Shown here: positions 1 to 16,749 of the stretch, one piece after another | Numbering within the stretch: position 1 is the stretch's first letter | Layout of the letters: every line of letters begins with the position of its first letter | From: Macrostomum hystrix | Lineage: Eukaryota; Animalia; Platyhelminthes | Direction of reading: 5' to 3' | Length of the DNA stretch: 64,000 nucleotides | Assembly: GCA_950097015.1 (NCBI GenBank) | Contig: CATNEN010000024.1 | Span: 1,240,001-1,304,000, forward strand | Translations under genes and position numbers: made by a program | Notes under the pieces: model-generated | What the model saw: only the letters and a program-made list of their open reading frames with translations | Told to the model about the DNA's origin: nothing | Database searches by the model: none

Positions 1-30
1 GTGCCTGTGATGACACAAAATTCTTATCTG

Positions 31-200
31 ATCTATCCCATGGGTGCAGGAATATAATGTGGATTGCTAATCTATCCCATGGGTGCAGGAATATAATGTG
101 GATTGCTAATCTATCCCATGGGTGCAGGAATATAATGTGGATTGCTAATCTATCCCATGGGTGCAGGAATATAATGTGGATTGCTAATCTATCCCATGGG
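31..200 (+). repeat. 39-bp minisatellite in GPD2 intron
   Basis: Unit aatataatgtggattgctaatctatcccatgggtgcagg, about 4.5 copies, followed by (aatag)n-like sequence. Confidence 0.95.
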
Positions 201-737
201 TGGAATGCTAATCTATTCCATAGAATGCGAATAGAATAGAGTGGAATGCTAATCTATCCCATAGAATACGAATAGAATAGAATAGAATAGAATAGGAATG
301 CTGACTGGCTTTCATACGTTGCATCGCACCGCAGGTCCGCTGGGCCTGCCGTGAGTACGCCTGTCGCGCCATCGACATCCTGGCTCGCCGGACTCGCCTC
401 GCCTTCATCAACGTGCACGCGGCAGCCGAGGCCCTACCCCGCGTAGTGGCCATCATGGCCGAGGAGCTGGGCTGGTCGGCGGCATAGTGCAAAGAGGAGC
501 TGAAGCACTGCGAGACCTATCTGCAGCACGAGATGGGCTACAACCTGAAACTAGAGGAGCGCAGCCGGCACCCTATCAACCTGACCAGCGAAGAGATCAA
601 AAAATTCACTAACAAATTTCGCTCCATCGATCAGGACAAAAAGGGCTTCATTACTCTGGCTGATATGGAAAAATTCTTTAAGGTTTTTCACGCATTTTTA
701 TGCTTTTTAATTTTCCCATCGTTAGAAAATTATGCTC

Positions 738-1375
738 TGATGACCCATTTCACACTTATGATCCGTTTCACTCCCATGACCCATTTCACTCCTATGACCC
801 ATTTCACTCCCATGATCCGTTTCACTTCCATGACCCATTTCACTCCCATGATCCGTTTCACTTCCATGACCCATTTCACTCCTATGACCCATTTCCCACT
901 GCCTTGACCCATTTCACACTTATGATCCATTTCACTCGCATGACCAACTTATCTCCCCGGACCTATTTCACTCTCGTGACCCATTTCACTCTCATGACCC
1001 ATTTCACTCTCGTGACCCATTTCACTCTCATGACCCATTTCACTCTCGTGACCCATTTCACTCTCATGACCCATTTCACTCTCGTGACCCATTTCACTCT
1101 CATGACCCATTTCACTCTCATGACCCATTTCACTCTCATGACCCATTTCACTCTCATGACCCATTTCACTCTCATGACCCATTTCACACTTATGATCCAT
1201 TTCACTCGCATGACCCATTTCACTTTCGTGACCCATTTCACTCTCATGTCCCATTTCACTCTCGTGACCCATTTCACTCTCATGACCCATTTCACTCCGT
1301 GACCCATTTCACTCTCGTGACCCATTTCACTCGCATGACCCATTTCACTCCGTGACCCATTTCACTCTCGTGACC
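738..1375 (+). repeat. 18-bp minisatellite in GPD2 intron
   Basis: Unit atgacccatttcactctc/-cgtg variants; source of the periodic ORFs at 700-1343. Confidence 0.95.
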
Positions 1376-2369
1376 CTATTCAACCATGAACCAATTCGGC
1401 CTTGTAGCGCATTGAATGTCATGCAGTGTCATGCTGGTTAAAGTTATAAATAATGCCTGTTTTTTCCTGTAGTATTTGGACCCGCAAATGTCCATTAATT
1501 ATATTAAAAGCTGAAAACTGCCAATCGATTCTCCAGGCTGAAGGCGCATCAATTGAGTAGGTCTGAGTTTATCAATTGAGCAGACACGTTACTCATAGAG
1601 AAAACTAAAAAAAATGAGGCATTTTACATTTTTTGCTTTTTGATTGCCAATTCATGCTAGAAATTAGTTTTCATGCTTGCAGTTTTTGCCTGTTTAAGCA
1701 ATTAATATTTAAAGCATCGGCTTTTAGAGGCACGTCTGTAAGTTTCAAAACTATCCTAGGCTAACTGGAAAAAACTGAATGCCTTGAATATTATGAGTTT
1801 TAATTCTTCTGTTTGTCATGGCTACAAAGAACCTATACTACTCATGAACCTAAGATACTACTTATATTTATTGCACTTTAATTTAACAAACTAAGATTAC
1901 CAATCGCCTCTGCACTTCATTCTCATCAGAAATTCGATCATCAACTCAACACCAGCCAAATTCGCGACATCATCAGCGAAGTCGATCTAAATAGAAATGG
2001 CAGAATTGAGTTGTCCGAGTTTCTGCAGGTGAGTACAGCCTTATTTTTAATCAAACTGATTGGCTTTTCACTCATCCGAATGCTGCCGATATTTACAGTT
2101 CACTGGGGACTGGCTTAGGATATCGTTTATCCGTGCCCGCTCCCAAATCCCCTGGGAAATACAGGAAATCTATCATTTTCCCCAATGCAGTTGACGTCCG
2201 CGGGGAGGCGAAATTCTGTTTTATTTTCTGAAAAGTTCAACTGGGCGCAAAATTTTTGACCCGAACTTTTCACACAGTAAAATTATTGGAATAAATAAAT
2301 GCTATTGACTAAAGATTTGACAGTCAAATGGAGCTTCCAAATCGCCAACTCAGAATTTACTGTGCTCAG

Positions 2370-2762
2370 CATCAACGCGTTTGCCTCTCGCACCACGGTC
2401 CCTAAGTTCGATTCCACGGCGAGGCCACATTTATTTGGGGCGCAGCCGCAGAGGGAAGGCTTGGTGGCTTGTCGTGCAATTTACGCCCTTGAGGACCAAC
2501 CTCCAATATACAGGGAAGTGTACACTGCCTGACGATGAGAAAGTCAGGCCGGATGTACACACCTGTGTGAGCGTATCGCTGCGTACAGTATATGAGTGCG
2601 TGTGTGCTCAGGAGTCAGCGAAATGGGCAGAATTGCCTCCTCGCTGGCTGCGGGTCTAGTGTCACCAAAGGATGTGCAATTGCCCGCAGCCCTCCTGCAA
2701 TTATTATTTTTATTATTACTATTATTTTTATTAATACTATTATTATTATTACTATTATTATA
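2370..2762 (+). mobile_element. tRNA-derived SINE family 1, copy 1 (head slightly truncated, (ATT)n tail)
   Basis: B-box-like AGTTCGATTCC at about 2406-2416; body closely matches the inverted copy at 18200-18575 and the copy at 20158-20380; ends in an attattatt tail. Confidence 0.75.
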
Positions 2763-3189
2763 GAGTGCTCCGAATATGCTATGCTCAAAATACTTTGCTC
2801 ATAGGCCACACTCCATCGTTACACTCCGTAGTTCATGTCCGCAACAAAGACCGGCTATATTGGATCGTCGCGTTTCAAGCACATGTTTAATAAGACAAGC
2901 GACAACAAAAGCTTGTGAGTAGATCGCTCAGGTGGCGGAGTCTAACGGCCAGGAGCATTGTAGCGGGGAAAAATCCAGTACTTCAATGAGAGTTGGACTC
3001 GAGAAACTCATATTTGAAAATGCGAATAACTTCCATGCCACAGAGATATATACACTTAAGGAATTTTCAGTATTCGCTATTGGACAGTTTAATTATTGTG
3101 ATTCACGCTTGAAATAGTGCAAAATATACAGGTGCAACCAAGTTCTCTCTAAACTTGGTAATTTGGGTAAATTTCTCCCGTCTGTCCCG

Positions 3190-4430
3190 TATCACATCTC
3201 CCCCCGTATCATCTCTTCCCTATCTCATATCTTACCGTCCTATATCTCCCCGTCTCATACCTCCCCTGCCTCATCTCACCCCCTGCCTCATCTCCCGGCC
3301 CGGTCTCATCTCTCCCCCCGTCTCATCTCTCCCCTGCCTCATCTCTCCCGTCTCATCGCTCCCCTGCCTCATATTTACCCCTTTCTCATATTTACCCCTG
3401 TCTCATATCTTCCTGTCTCATATCTTCCTGTCTCATATCTTCCTGTCTCATATCTTCCTGTCTCATATCTTCCTGTCTCATATCTTCCTGTCTCATATCT
3501 TCCTGTCTCATATCTTCCTGCCTCATATCTTCCTGTCTCATATCTTCCTGTCTCATATCTTCCTGTCTCATATCTTCCTGTCTCATATCTTCCTGTCTCA
3601 TATCTTCCTGTCTCATATCTTCCTGTCTCATATCTTCCTGTCTCATATCTTCCTGTCTCATATCTTCCTGTCTCATATCTTCCTGTCTCATATCTTCCTG
3701 TCTCATATCTTCCTGTCTCATATCTTCCTGTCTCATATCTTCCTGTCTCATATCTTCCTGTCTCATATCTTCCTGTCTCATATCTACCCCTGTCTCATAT
3801 CTTCCTGTCTCATATCTACCCCTGTCTCATATCTTCCTGTCTCATATCTTCCTGTCTCATATCTACCCCTGTCCCATATCTTCCTGTCTCGTATCTACCC
3901 CTGTCTCATATCTTCCTGTCTCATATCTACCCCTGTCTCATATCTTCCTGTCTCATATCTACCCCTGTCTCATATCTTCCTGTCTCATATCTACCCCTGT
4001 CTCATATCTTCCTGTCTCATATCTACCCCTGTCTCATATCTTCCTGTCTCATATCTTCCTGTCTCATATCTTCCTGTCTTATATCTACCCCTGTGTCATA
4101 TCTTCCCCTGTCTCATATCTTCCCCTGTCTCATATCTTCCCCTGTCTCATATCTTCCCCTGTCTCATATCTTCCCCTGTCTCATATCTTCCCCTGTCTCA
4201 TATCTTCCCCTGTCTCATATCTTCCTGTCTCATATCTTCCCCTGTCTCATATCTTCCTGTCTCATATCTTCCCCTGTCTCATATCTTCCCCTGTCTCATA
4301 TCTTCCCCTGTCTCATATCTTCCCCTGTCTCATATCTTCCTGTCTCATATCTTCCCCTGTGTCATATCTTCCTCTGTCTCATATCTTCCTCTGTCTCATA
4401 TCTTCCCCTGTCTCATATCTTCCCCTGTCT
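3190..4430 (+). repeat. CT-rich 15-17 bp minisatellite (tctcatatcttcctg)
   Basis: Homogeneous 15-bp core at 3410-3780 flanked by variant units; source of the spurious 436/438-aa ORFs. Confidence 0.95.
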
Positions 4431-5299
4431 CTTGTCTTTCCTTTGCCATACTTTTTTCATATTAAATTCAGCCGATTAGACCCGACAATAATTATCCGTT
4501 GTCGGTTGTCACAATAACAAAATAACTGTCTGTCCATTGTTGTCTGTGTTTAGTTTATTTAGTTTAACAAGCAAGCCTTTAGTTTAGTCGTACTATGCAA
4601 CAAGTCTACCTGCATGTAATTATAATTTTTTTTGTGTGTCTTGCAAATCCAATCCAGCTGATTCAGTTGAAAAAAATTAACCGTAGTACAAAGTTTAGTT
4701 TCATGAAAGTAGGGAAACTGAAATATAAAAGCATCGCGCACTGCTCGTGTGAGCAGTATCTGCATGGGCTGCACTATTCATCCCGATCCCAATGACAGCA
4801 ATCAAAACTAATTTTGTTTGAACTATATGAGAGTTTGAAAAATGAGTCTATAAGAGAGCTAGCTTATGACTGCTGCCCATAGCATTCTTTAGGAAAAGTC
4901 ATTCTCTCGCACCCCAGCAATGCCTAGGCAACTGAATTAATGATGCTTACTTAATTCTCCCTCCAATGGGCTGGTCTCCTGCTTCCTCAGACTCCAAGTC
5001 GGTCGCTTTCCTGACTTATTTGTTTGAGTGCTTGTTTTTTCCTTGCCGTAGAAAGTTGTCCACCCAGATAATTTCGAAAATTTTGATTTCACTAACAAAA
5101 ATCAATGCATCCACGACGACATTCTACTCGGAACAATCGAGACAAAATGACAGAACTTTAACTTGTAACGCAACAGTTTAATATTCTTGCAATTCGAATT
5201 AGACAACCTGCCTTTTTTAATCAGGCTTCGGCAACCAACAAACCGAATGGAGATCAGGCCATCAAACCCAGTAAGCTGCAACTCTCTCCTATCGCCTCT

Positions 5300-6250
5300 A
5301 TCGTGTCTCATATTTCCCGCGTCTCCTCTCTTCACTGCCTTTTCTCACTCTCTCTCTCCAGTCTCATCCCTCTACTGTCTCATCTATATCCTGTCTCATC
5401 TATCTCCTGTCTCATCTCTCTCCTGTCTCATCTCTCTCCTGTCTCATCTCTATCCAGTCTCATCCCTCTACTGTCTCATCTATATCCTATCTCATCTCTC
5501 TATTGCCTCATCCCTCTACTGTCTCATCTCTATCCTGTCTCACCTCTCTCCTGTCTCATCTCTCTCCTGTCTCATCTCTCTCCTGTCTCATCTCTCTCCT
5601 GTCTCATCTCTCTCCTGTCTCATCTCTCTCCTGTCTCATCTCTCTCCTGTCTCATCTCTCTCCTGTCTCATCTCTATCCAGTCTCATCCCTCTACTGTCT
5701 CATCTATATCCTATCTCATCTCTCCCCTGTTTCATCTCCTATCTCATCTCTCTATTGCCTCATCCCTCTACTGTCTCATCTCTATCCTGTCTCATCTCTC
5801 TCCTGTCTCATCTCTCTCCTGTCTCATCTCTCTCATGTCTCATCTCTCTCATGTCTCATCTCTCTCCTGTCTCATCTCTCTCATGTCTCATCTCTCTCCT
5901 GTCTCATCTCTCTCCTGTCTCATCTCTCTCCTGTCTCATCTCTCTCCTGTCTCATCTCTCTCATGTCTCATCTCTCTCATGTCTCATCTCTCTCCTGTCT
6001 CATCTCTCTCCTGTCTCATCTCTCTCCTGTCTCATCTCTCTCCTGTCTCATCTCTCTCATGTCTCATCTCTCTCCTGTCTCATCTCTCTCCTGTCTCATC
6101 TCTCTCATGTCTCATCTCTCTCATGTCTCATCTGTCTCCTGTCTCATCTCTCTCATGTCTCATCTCTCTCCTGTCTCATCTCTCTCCTGTCTCATCTCTC
6201 TCCTGTCTCATCTCTCTCCTGTCTCATCTCTCTCCTGTCTCATCTCTTAC
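5300..6250 (+). repeat. CT-rich 16-bp minisatellite (tctcatctctctcctg)
   Basis: Direct inspection; source of the spurious ORFs at 5187-6417. Confidence 0.95.
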
Positions 6251-9117
6251 TCTCCACTGTCCATCCGGCCCGATGTCGTCAGTTAGCTGGTAGATTGTCT
6301 TTTTGGGCCTGCGAGGTGGTATGTGATGTTGCCGACTTCTGCTTCAGAACACTAGAAGATAGACTGTTATATTTATGTATGGAGCCTTACTTTAGTTGCA
6401 GCATTTCTTACAAATGACACTCATCGCATGTCGCATGCATGTATTCGTAGCAAAGCTTTTTTCTACAGAATTAAATAAACGGAAAGTATAAGAGGTTATT
6501 TATTATCTTATTAGTTTTTTCTATGCATACAATTTTTACATTTTTTATTTTGTAGTAACTTTTCACTGTATACATATTTTTAAAAGAGATACGTGAGATT
6601 TGAATACAGTCCTGTATTTATTTTTTCAATGGATAATTAACTAGATAGAACACTGTAAAAATGGTGTTAGAAGTCACACGGGTGCATTGTAAGAATCACT
6701 CATTGTAAATACCAACTTGTCCAGTTGTTACGCTAAGTGATATATTTGTTTTCACCCTGCAAGTTTCCTATTTCGCTCTAATTCTGTCTTTGATATCTTA
6801 ACCTTGCCTTCTGATTGGTCCGCAGCTGGCCTCTCAGCCTTATTCTCTTACCCTCTGTCGCGCGCTCCACCCCATTTATCTCGCCATGCACAGCCAATCC
6901 TGCCTCAGTAGAAGTTTAACGATTAATATCTATTGGTCAGGGGACTTTCAAGCTATAGTTTTGCTACCTTGCAGCCAACGATATTATTTTCGTCCTCATC
7001 GTAATTTTTTGTATTTTTTCTCTGAATAATGTCAAGTGCAACAGTATTATTATTATAACGAGCTAAGAAAGCGAACGGATTCTGAATTCAAGCAGTTTCT
7101 AATTCTGTGAGTAAACCCCACCCCGACCAGTCAATCTCTTTCATCACGTGCTCCGGCTACCACTGGAGCTATTGTCCTCTCTGGGGAGTTTTGAGCGGAA
7201 TGCAGTGCCTGAGCTAGTGGGTGATAAAAAGGAATGCCAAACTTTCCATTCTCTATGCAATTTTCGTGCTCGCTTACCTCCGCAGGGAGGGGGGCAAGAC
7301 TGAGCGGGGAAATCGAAATAGAAATCAGAGGGAACGAGAGAGAGAGGAAAATAAATGAGATTTTTCATGAGGACCATCCGCCTAATGTAGGCCGCCCACA
7401 ATTCCTTTCCGTGTCCAGCGCGCAGCAGTTTCTGCAACTCACTTTTTATTTCCTTCTCCCTGCTGCGTGATTGCCGCCTTTCTCTGTCTCTATACTGATT
7501 TGAGAAAGCTGGGTAGTCCAGAAAATCTACGAGCGTAGCCCTTCTGAGATTTGAGCTGAGGCAGTGTGCTCAAACTACATAGTACTCAAAGCGAACGGCG
7601 GCTAATTCTAATCCTCACCCTAATAGCTTTAGATTTGCGTAGCTTAAAATGCTATGGCTTGTACTCTGTTGATTTCGTTTGGATACCGGAAGTTAATTAA
7701 ATGGTGATTTTAATTTGCGTTAAGGTTCGGCTACCTCAAGTTTAGGGCCTGATAACGACCGCAAAACTCCCATTTTTCCCCTGCTCGTCCATCTCATATC
7801 TCATAACTCTCTCTCATCTGGACATTGTGTCTCATCTCTCCTCGGTCTCATCTCTTCTCTGTCTCATCTCCTGTCTTATCTCTCTCCCTTCTCAAATTCA
7901 TGCAGTCAATGCGGTCCGCTTTCGTTTTTCATGTTCTCTCCGCGGCCCGCACGCTAATAAGTTTGCCAACCCTGTTTCACAGCATCAACCGTAAAGTGCA
8001 AGTCGTTGTATTCTCTAATCTATTCAGTTACACCATCCGCTGTATGACCGTACGCGTTGAAGTTTCAGTTTAACAACCCCATTGTCCCACAAATAATTAT
8101 TTATTGCCCCATAAAACTGGGAGAAAGGTTCAGAACTTACACAGCCAGAATAAAGTTATTTCTCGAATTAGCCACAGAAAGTTTAACGGGAGCTTATGAG
8201 CTGAAATCCCTTTGATAATTAATGCCCCAATGTGGGTTTAAGAAAATACAACCGAAGTAGTATGCAGAGTACAGTACGTGTACTCGCGGGCCTACCACCC
8301 ATTCGATATTCGAGCATGACACAGTTAAGCTGAGCAAAACGAGCTCCTTTTGAGTTTAGGCATGTGGAGCCGGCATTAATCAACTTAGTGGCTGGGGGGT
8401 GGGTGATTGAGCTGCACGCTGAGCATGCTTATGGAAACTGAAGGCTGGAGGCCTGGCATCTACACTGGGATTGGGATTGCAGGAAGACTGCATAAATATT
8501 ATAGATGTCCGGCAGTGTGCGTGCGTGTGTGTGTGTGTGTGTGCGGCCTCCTGATCGATTCGTCAGAAAAAGCCACAGACCAGCCATGATTCCCGGCTGA
8601 AAAGGCCGGGGATCGCGATTATTTTGGGATATCGCCCGAGGTTTGAGCAGTGGAGCTGGGAGCAGGCAGTGAGGGGGGACTATTTGCTAAATTGCTAGTC
8701 CGCCGCACGCAGGTGACGTCAAGTCATCGGCCAACCTGCAGGAGAGCTGAGGCCGGCTGTCAAGCCGTCTCTTTCTCTCCCCTCCTCTCTTTCAGTATCA
8801 ATAGTATACTTCCCATTGCCTATCCTAAATCCCATAGTTCTTTCCCCAGCCCAATTCACGGGCGCAGGGAGGAAGTTGGGAAATTCAGGCAGAGTTAAAG
8901 CGATCAAGGCCTGAGCCTTCTGAACAACGGCCGCCCGCTGAGTGAGCGAGTGTTCCTGACAGCCTACCACAGATCCCGCAATTCTGAGCACCAATGAGCA
9001 CTCGACGGCTCGCCTGGGTCAGTCCATTGACGCTTGAGAAAAGCTTTAGGGGATAAATACATAACCTACTCAAACTCAGCCATTGACTATCAGAAATCGG
9101 TTTGGCCGCGGCTAGAG

Positions 9118-9759
9118 ATGCCCGGTGGCTTCTCCTTCGGCAGCGCTGCCACTGGCGGCGGCGCTAGCGGCGGCGGCGGCTCCCGCCAGCAGCCAACCTA
9201 TGTCTGGGATTTGCTGCCCTACTCGCGTAGAGGCGTCGGATTCGCCGCCTCCGCTAGCAGAAGCGGTAGTCAGCAGCATGACTCCCAGCACCAGCAGCAC
9301 CAGCAGTTTCAAGACGTCGGCAGTACCTCCGCAGAGCCTGGAGCGTCAAGCTTATCAGCGGAGGCCCAAACTCACCAGCAGCAACCGCCGCCACCGCGTC
9401 CGCTGACAGAGTCGGAGGCGGCACTTCTGGAGCAGCTTTACCGGCGAAAAGTGCGAGAATCTCGCGAACGCTACGAGCTGGTGGCCGCGTTCCGTCTCCG
9501 CTCCGGTCGAGTTCACGCCTACCACGTCTACCGGACCCGCCTGCCATTTCAGCTGACTGAGCGGCGGAAGAAACTACTGCGCGACTATTACAGTCAGGGC
9601 TGCCAGGATGTGGCTCTCTACGTTAACGAGGCCGAGTTTGAGCACTACATGCCCCTCGGCGGATCGTTTAAAAGGTCCGCCGAACAGTCGGCGGACAGTC
9701 GGCGAGTCGCTCAGACTAGTAGCGTCAACGGACTCAAAGCCTTCCTTGGCTTGAGCTGA
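9118..9759 (+). CDS. Hypothetical intronless protein (about 213 aa from ATG 9118): Gly/Gln/Pro-rich N-half and a globular-looking C-half
   Basis: GC-rich, non-repetitive open frame with the same compositional style as the recognised genes; AATAAA at about 9803 after the stop. No family recognised. Confidence 0.6.
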   Translation: MPGGFSFGSAATGGGASGGGGSRQQPTYVWDLLPYSRRGVGFAASASRSGSQQHDSQHQQHQQFQDVGSTSAEPGASSLSAEAQTHQQQPPPPRPLTESEAALLEQLYRRKVRESRERYELVAAFRLRSGRVHAYHVYRTRLPFQLTERRKKLLRDYYSQGCQDVALYVNEAEFEHYMPLGGSFKRSAEQSADSRRVAQTSSVNGLKAFLGLS

Positions 9760-11793
9760 GTGACCAGTGGCTGCAGCCGTCTATTGGAGTTGCATGTTTT
9801 TTAATAAACTAATGATGCCTTTGTAGCTTGCACAGAAGTTACTGTACGTATATTTGCTAGGGACCACGGAAAAATATGATCTAAGCTTAAGTACTTTTTT
9901 GACGTCTAGGACGTCGTTGTGTCAACTACACTTGACGCAATTTAGTCAAGCTCTTCATTCGTTAACTCGTGAGATCAAATAAAATTTGTTTTAGTGTGAT
10001 GAAGTGTACTTTCACAGATGTACTTTCTCTTTATAACTAAAGCAGCAACTTATTGTACACAATAAAAACTTGTGTGTTCTTCACACGCTTGGTTATAGTT
10101 TTGTTTCAAGTATCGCATTGTGTTAACCTAATTGAGCTAATTGTTTTTACTTAGAGTGAAAATATGTCATAAAAGGTAAAGCACGAGTATACGACTAGAT
10201 ATGCAACGTGTTGATTGACACGTAAAGAAGGTGCGTCCCATTTCCTAGGCTTTGCGCGAAAACCGGATCGATGAGGAATAATGCGTTCGTGTATAAGTAT
10301 CATCAAGCTAAGTGGATATATTGGACAAGTGAATATTTTATACGAATATATTCTCTTTTTGTATGCCAAAGATTGCAAATTAACAGATCCTCAAGCAGTC
10401 TAAATTGATCGACACGGCACTTCATGCTGCATTATCCTGTTAGGCAAAAAGGTCTATGCTAATGTGCGACATCGGAGTGTACCATTTTTTCATGCAAATA
10501 TTGCTGAATAACACCTGGGGTATATATTGTGCAATTTTTAAGAGATAAAAATGGAAAAAATGTGATATCAGAACAGTTAGCTAGCGACTTCCTCCTATTT
10601 CATAGGAAGAGGTGAAACGATCAGCCTGCAAAGCCGCTATAGAAAACAGCACCGGGGCGGCCAGGTCACCATCACCGCCGCCGCTCCTCCGTGCTCGCAG
10701 TCGCCAGCTACAGAGCCTTTGTGACGAAGATATGCTGAAGTCAGCTGCCCTCAGGAGACTTTATATATCTTAGAGGGGGTTCGGCTCAAGGGAGTTGCCT
10801 CCCCATTAATCAAAAAGCGAAAAACCAAGGAACTGGGTTAGTTTATATTTGGAAACTGAAAAGCGGAGCAATGGCAAGTGGGTAATTTAACATTATAGGA
10901 AATAAACTTTTTTTGCTATCGCACAGTCTTTGTTAAAGGCCTAGTTAATATTTTACTATGTGCTTCGGCCACTATAACAGAATGTTTATAATAAGAAGTT
11001 ATAATAAGAAGTTATAATAAGAAGTTTAATTCTACTACATAAAGATAATTTTTTTAAATAGATCCTGTTGTTTGTAAAATTTCCTAGGTTCTCCCATTGT
11101 CCTGTGTGTAAAGCTCGATCGCTCCTCACACTGCTTACAATAGTTTGAACTAATATATTATACATTGTGAATTCTACAGAAATTTGATGATGACCTATGA
11201 TAGCAAGCATGGTAATAAGCTAGTAGACCGGTTTCCAAGTACCGAGAAAGTTGGAAATTCATAACTCTGCGGGAGTGTTTTAATTCGCCGATATGGAGTC
11301 AACTTTGCGGAGCATTTATAACGAGTCTTGTATGATTAACAAAGTAGTTTCTCATAGTTGTAATTAGATGAAAAAGTTATATCAAAATATAGTTCATTAT
11401 GTCTAAAAAAGCTGAAAAAATCATTTTTAGCTGGTATTTTAGGTGAGTAAAGTAACAGAAGTCTTTCCCCATTTTTCAAAAAGTGACCAATCATTGCTTT
11501 CAACAAACACAACCTACTTCTACGAGACAAGGCTTTGTCTACAAAAGGTTTCGCAACCCGTTGCTTTCCACGTTTTGACACTTAAACTACGCAGTGCTTA
11601 TTGTCGTAGAGGCCTACCGTTTAAGCCTTCATTCTGACAGAAAAAAATCGAATCTTGCTCTTTAATATATTTTCATTATTCGATTTGAATTAAATTAAAA
11701 CGTTTTTTTTGAGAAAAGCAAGACAAAGACTTCAGCTTATTGAAATAGCTTCCACGGGGGATAATAACTGACTTATAACAATTTCTAGTCACC

Positions 11794-15712
<3,919 letters not shown>

Positions 15713-16749
15713 ACGTCAGTCTCAGTGCATTCATTGTTTGGCCACTTCTTTATAATAATATTGGCCTAGATTCGTTGAATAATCAGTCTGCTTAACTCAC
15801 TGGTCTGTTATATCCTTACTCCTCATAGTTTTTTGTGTGATGTAACTTTATATATGTATAATATGGGGATAAATGTTGAAGCATAATTACGAGTATAATT
15901 GATACTAGTACAAATATGCTAAGCTAGAACTTAGCTAGAACTAAGCTAAACAAACAAGGTTAGTTTTTGTACATTTCGGTGCTAAAAAGCTTTCTTAAAC
16001 TCTTCTCTCTCTCTTACTCTCTATGTCTGCGTCTATATCAAAAGCCTTTTTTAATACTCAAGGCCTAATGTAATCAAGCGCAAAAGCCATCATTCTGATT
16101 GGTGGATAATTGCTATAGTGTTTACTAGTCTAAATCACTGGGCCTCACTTAATGAAGGGCATTTTAAAATATCCCGTCTTTATAAAGACTATTTCGTGTT
16201 CCTCGAAATATATGGCTCAATAAGCACGCTTTCTCTATGTCTGTTAGCTTAGTGTCTGTGTATTAATAAATATAGCGCAACTTATCTGTGTACTGTAAAT
16301 ATAATAGTATGTGTGACATTCATTCAGGCTGTTGTAAAACAATTTTTTATTCTCTTCGTAATTTCAGTTTTATTATCAACTTATATTTATTGGCCAATTC
16401 TTATTGGCATAATTTTTTTTACTATTCTACTTTATTTTGCTGCGCATTATAAACCGATAGTTTATAATGCGCAATGCACCTCAAATACTGATGCTTGCGT
16501 TAAAACAACTCAATGTTTAAATTATGACTCGCGCCTATTATTTGTTTGTATGCTCTGGAGGGAAAATTAACAAATTTAAGTAAACAAAAAACAAGCCAGA
16601 AAACTTTTTTTTCTAAATAATGAAAATTAACTTCTGAAATTCAAAATTAAAGTTTTATTTTCATTTAACAGCAATGTAACATAATGTGAAACGCAGAAGA
16701 TTTATCAGCAGCAAATTAATAGTAATCAAGATTCGACTATTCGTTTTTT

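Larger units (their letters stand above)
335..2945 (+). pseudogene. GPD2: Mitochondrial FAD-dependent glycerol-3-phosphate dehydrogenase, last three exons (EF-hand C-terminus); two in-frame stops (pseudogene or sequence errors); 5' exons outside window
   Basis: Exons 335-682, 1930-2028 and 2832-2945 with AG/GT boundaries splice in frame to VRWACREYACRAIDILARRTRLAFINVHAAAEALPRVV...EMGY...FRSIDQDKKGFITLAD...ISEVDLNRNGRIELSEFLQ-FMSA...VDRSGGGV*, matching the GPD2 C-terminus (RRTRLAFLN, EVDLNKNGQVEL, VDRSCGGL). In-frame TAG at 485-487 and TGA at 2916-2918. Confidence 0.85.

Noticed and set aside
2525-2560. CTGACGA...GAAA in SINE family 1 resembling a hammerhead ribozyme core
   Set aside because: No stem III or NUH cleavage triplet in the required position; the sequence folds as a simple CCTGAC/GTCAGG hairpin.
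700-6417. Long ORFs of 110-438 aa (THFTLM, SHIFL, VSSLSCL repeats)
   Set aside because: Translations of 15-18 bp minisatellites open in several frames; not protein-coding evidence.
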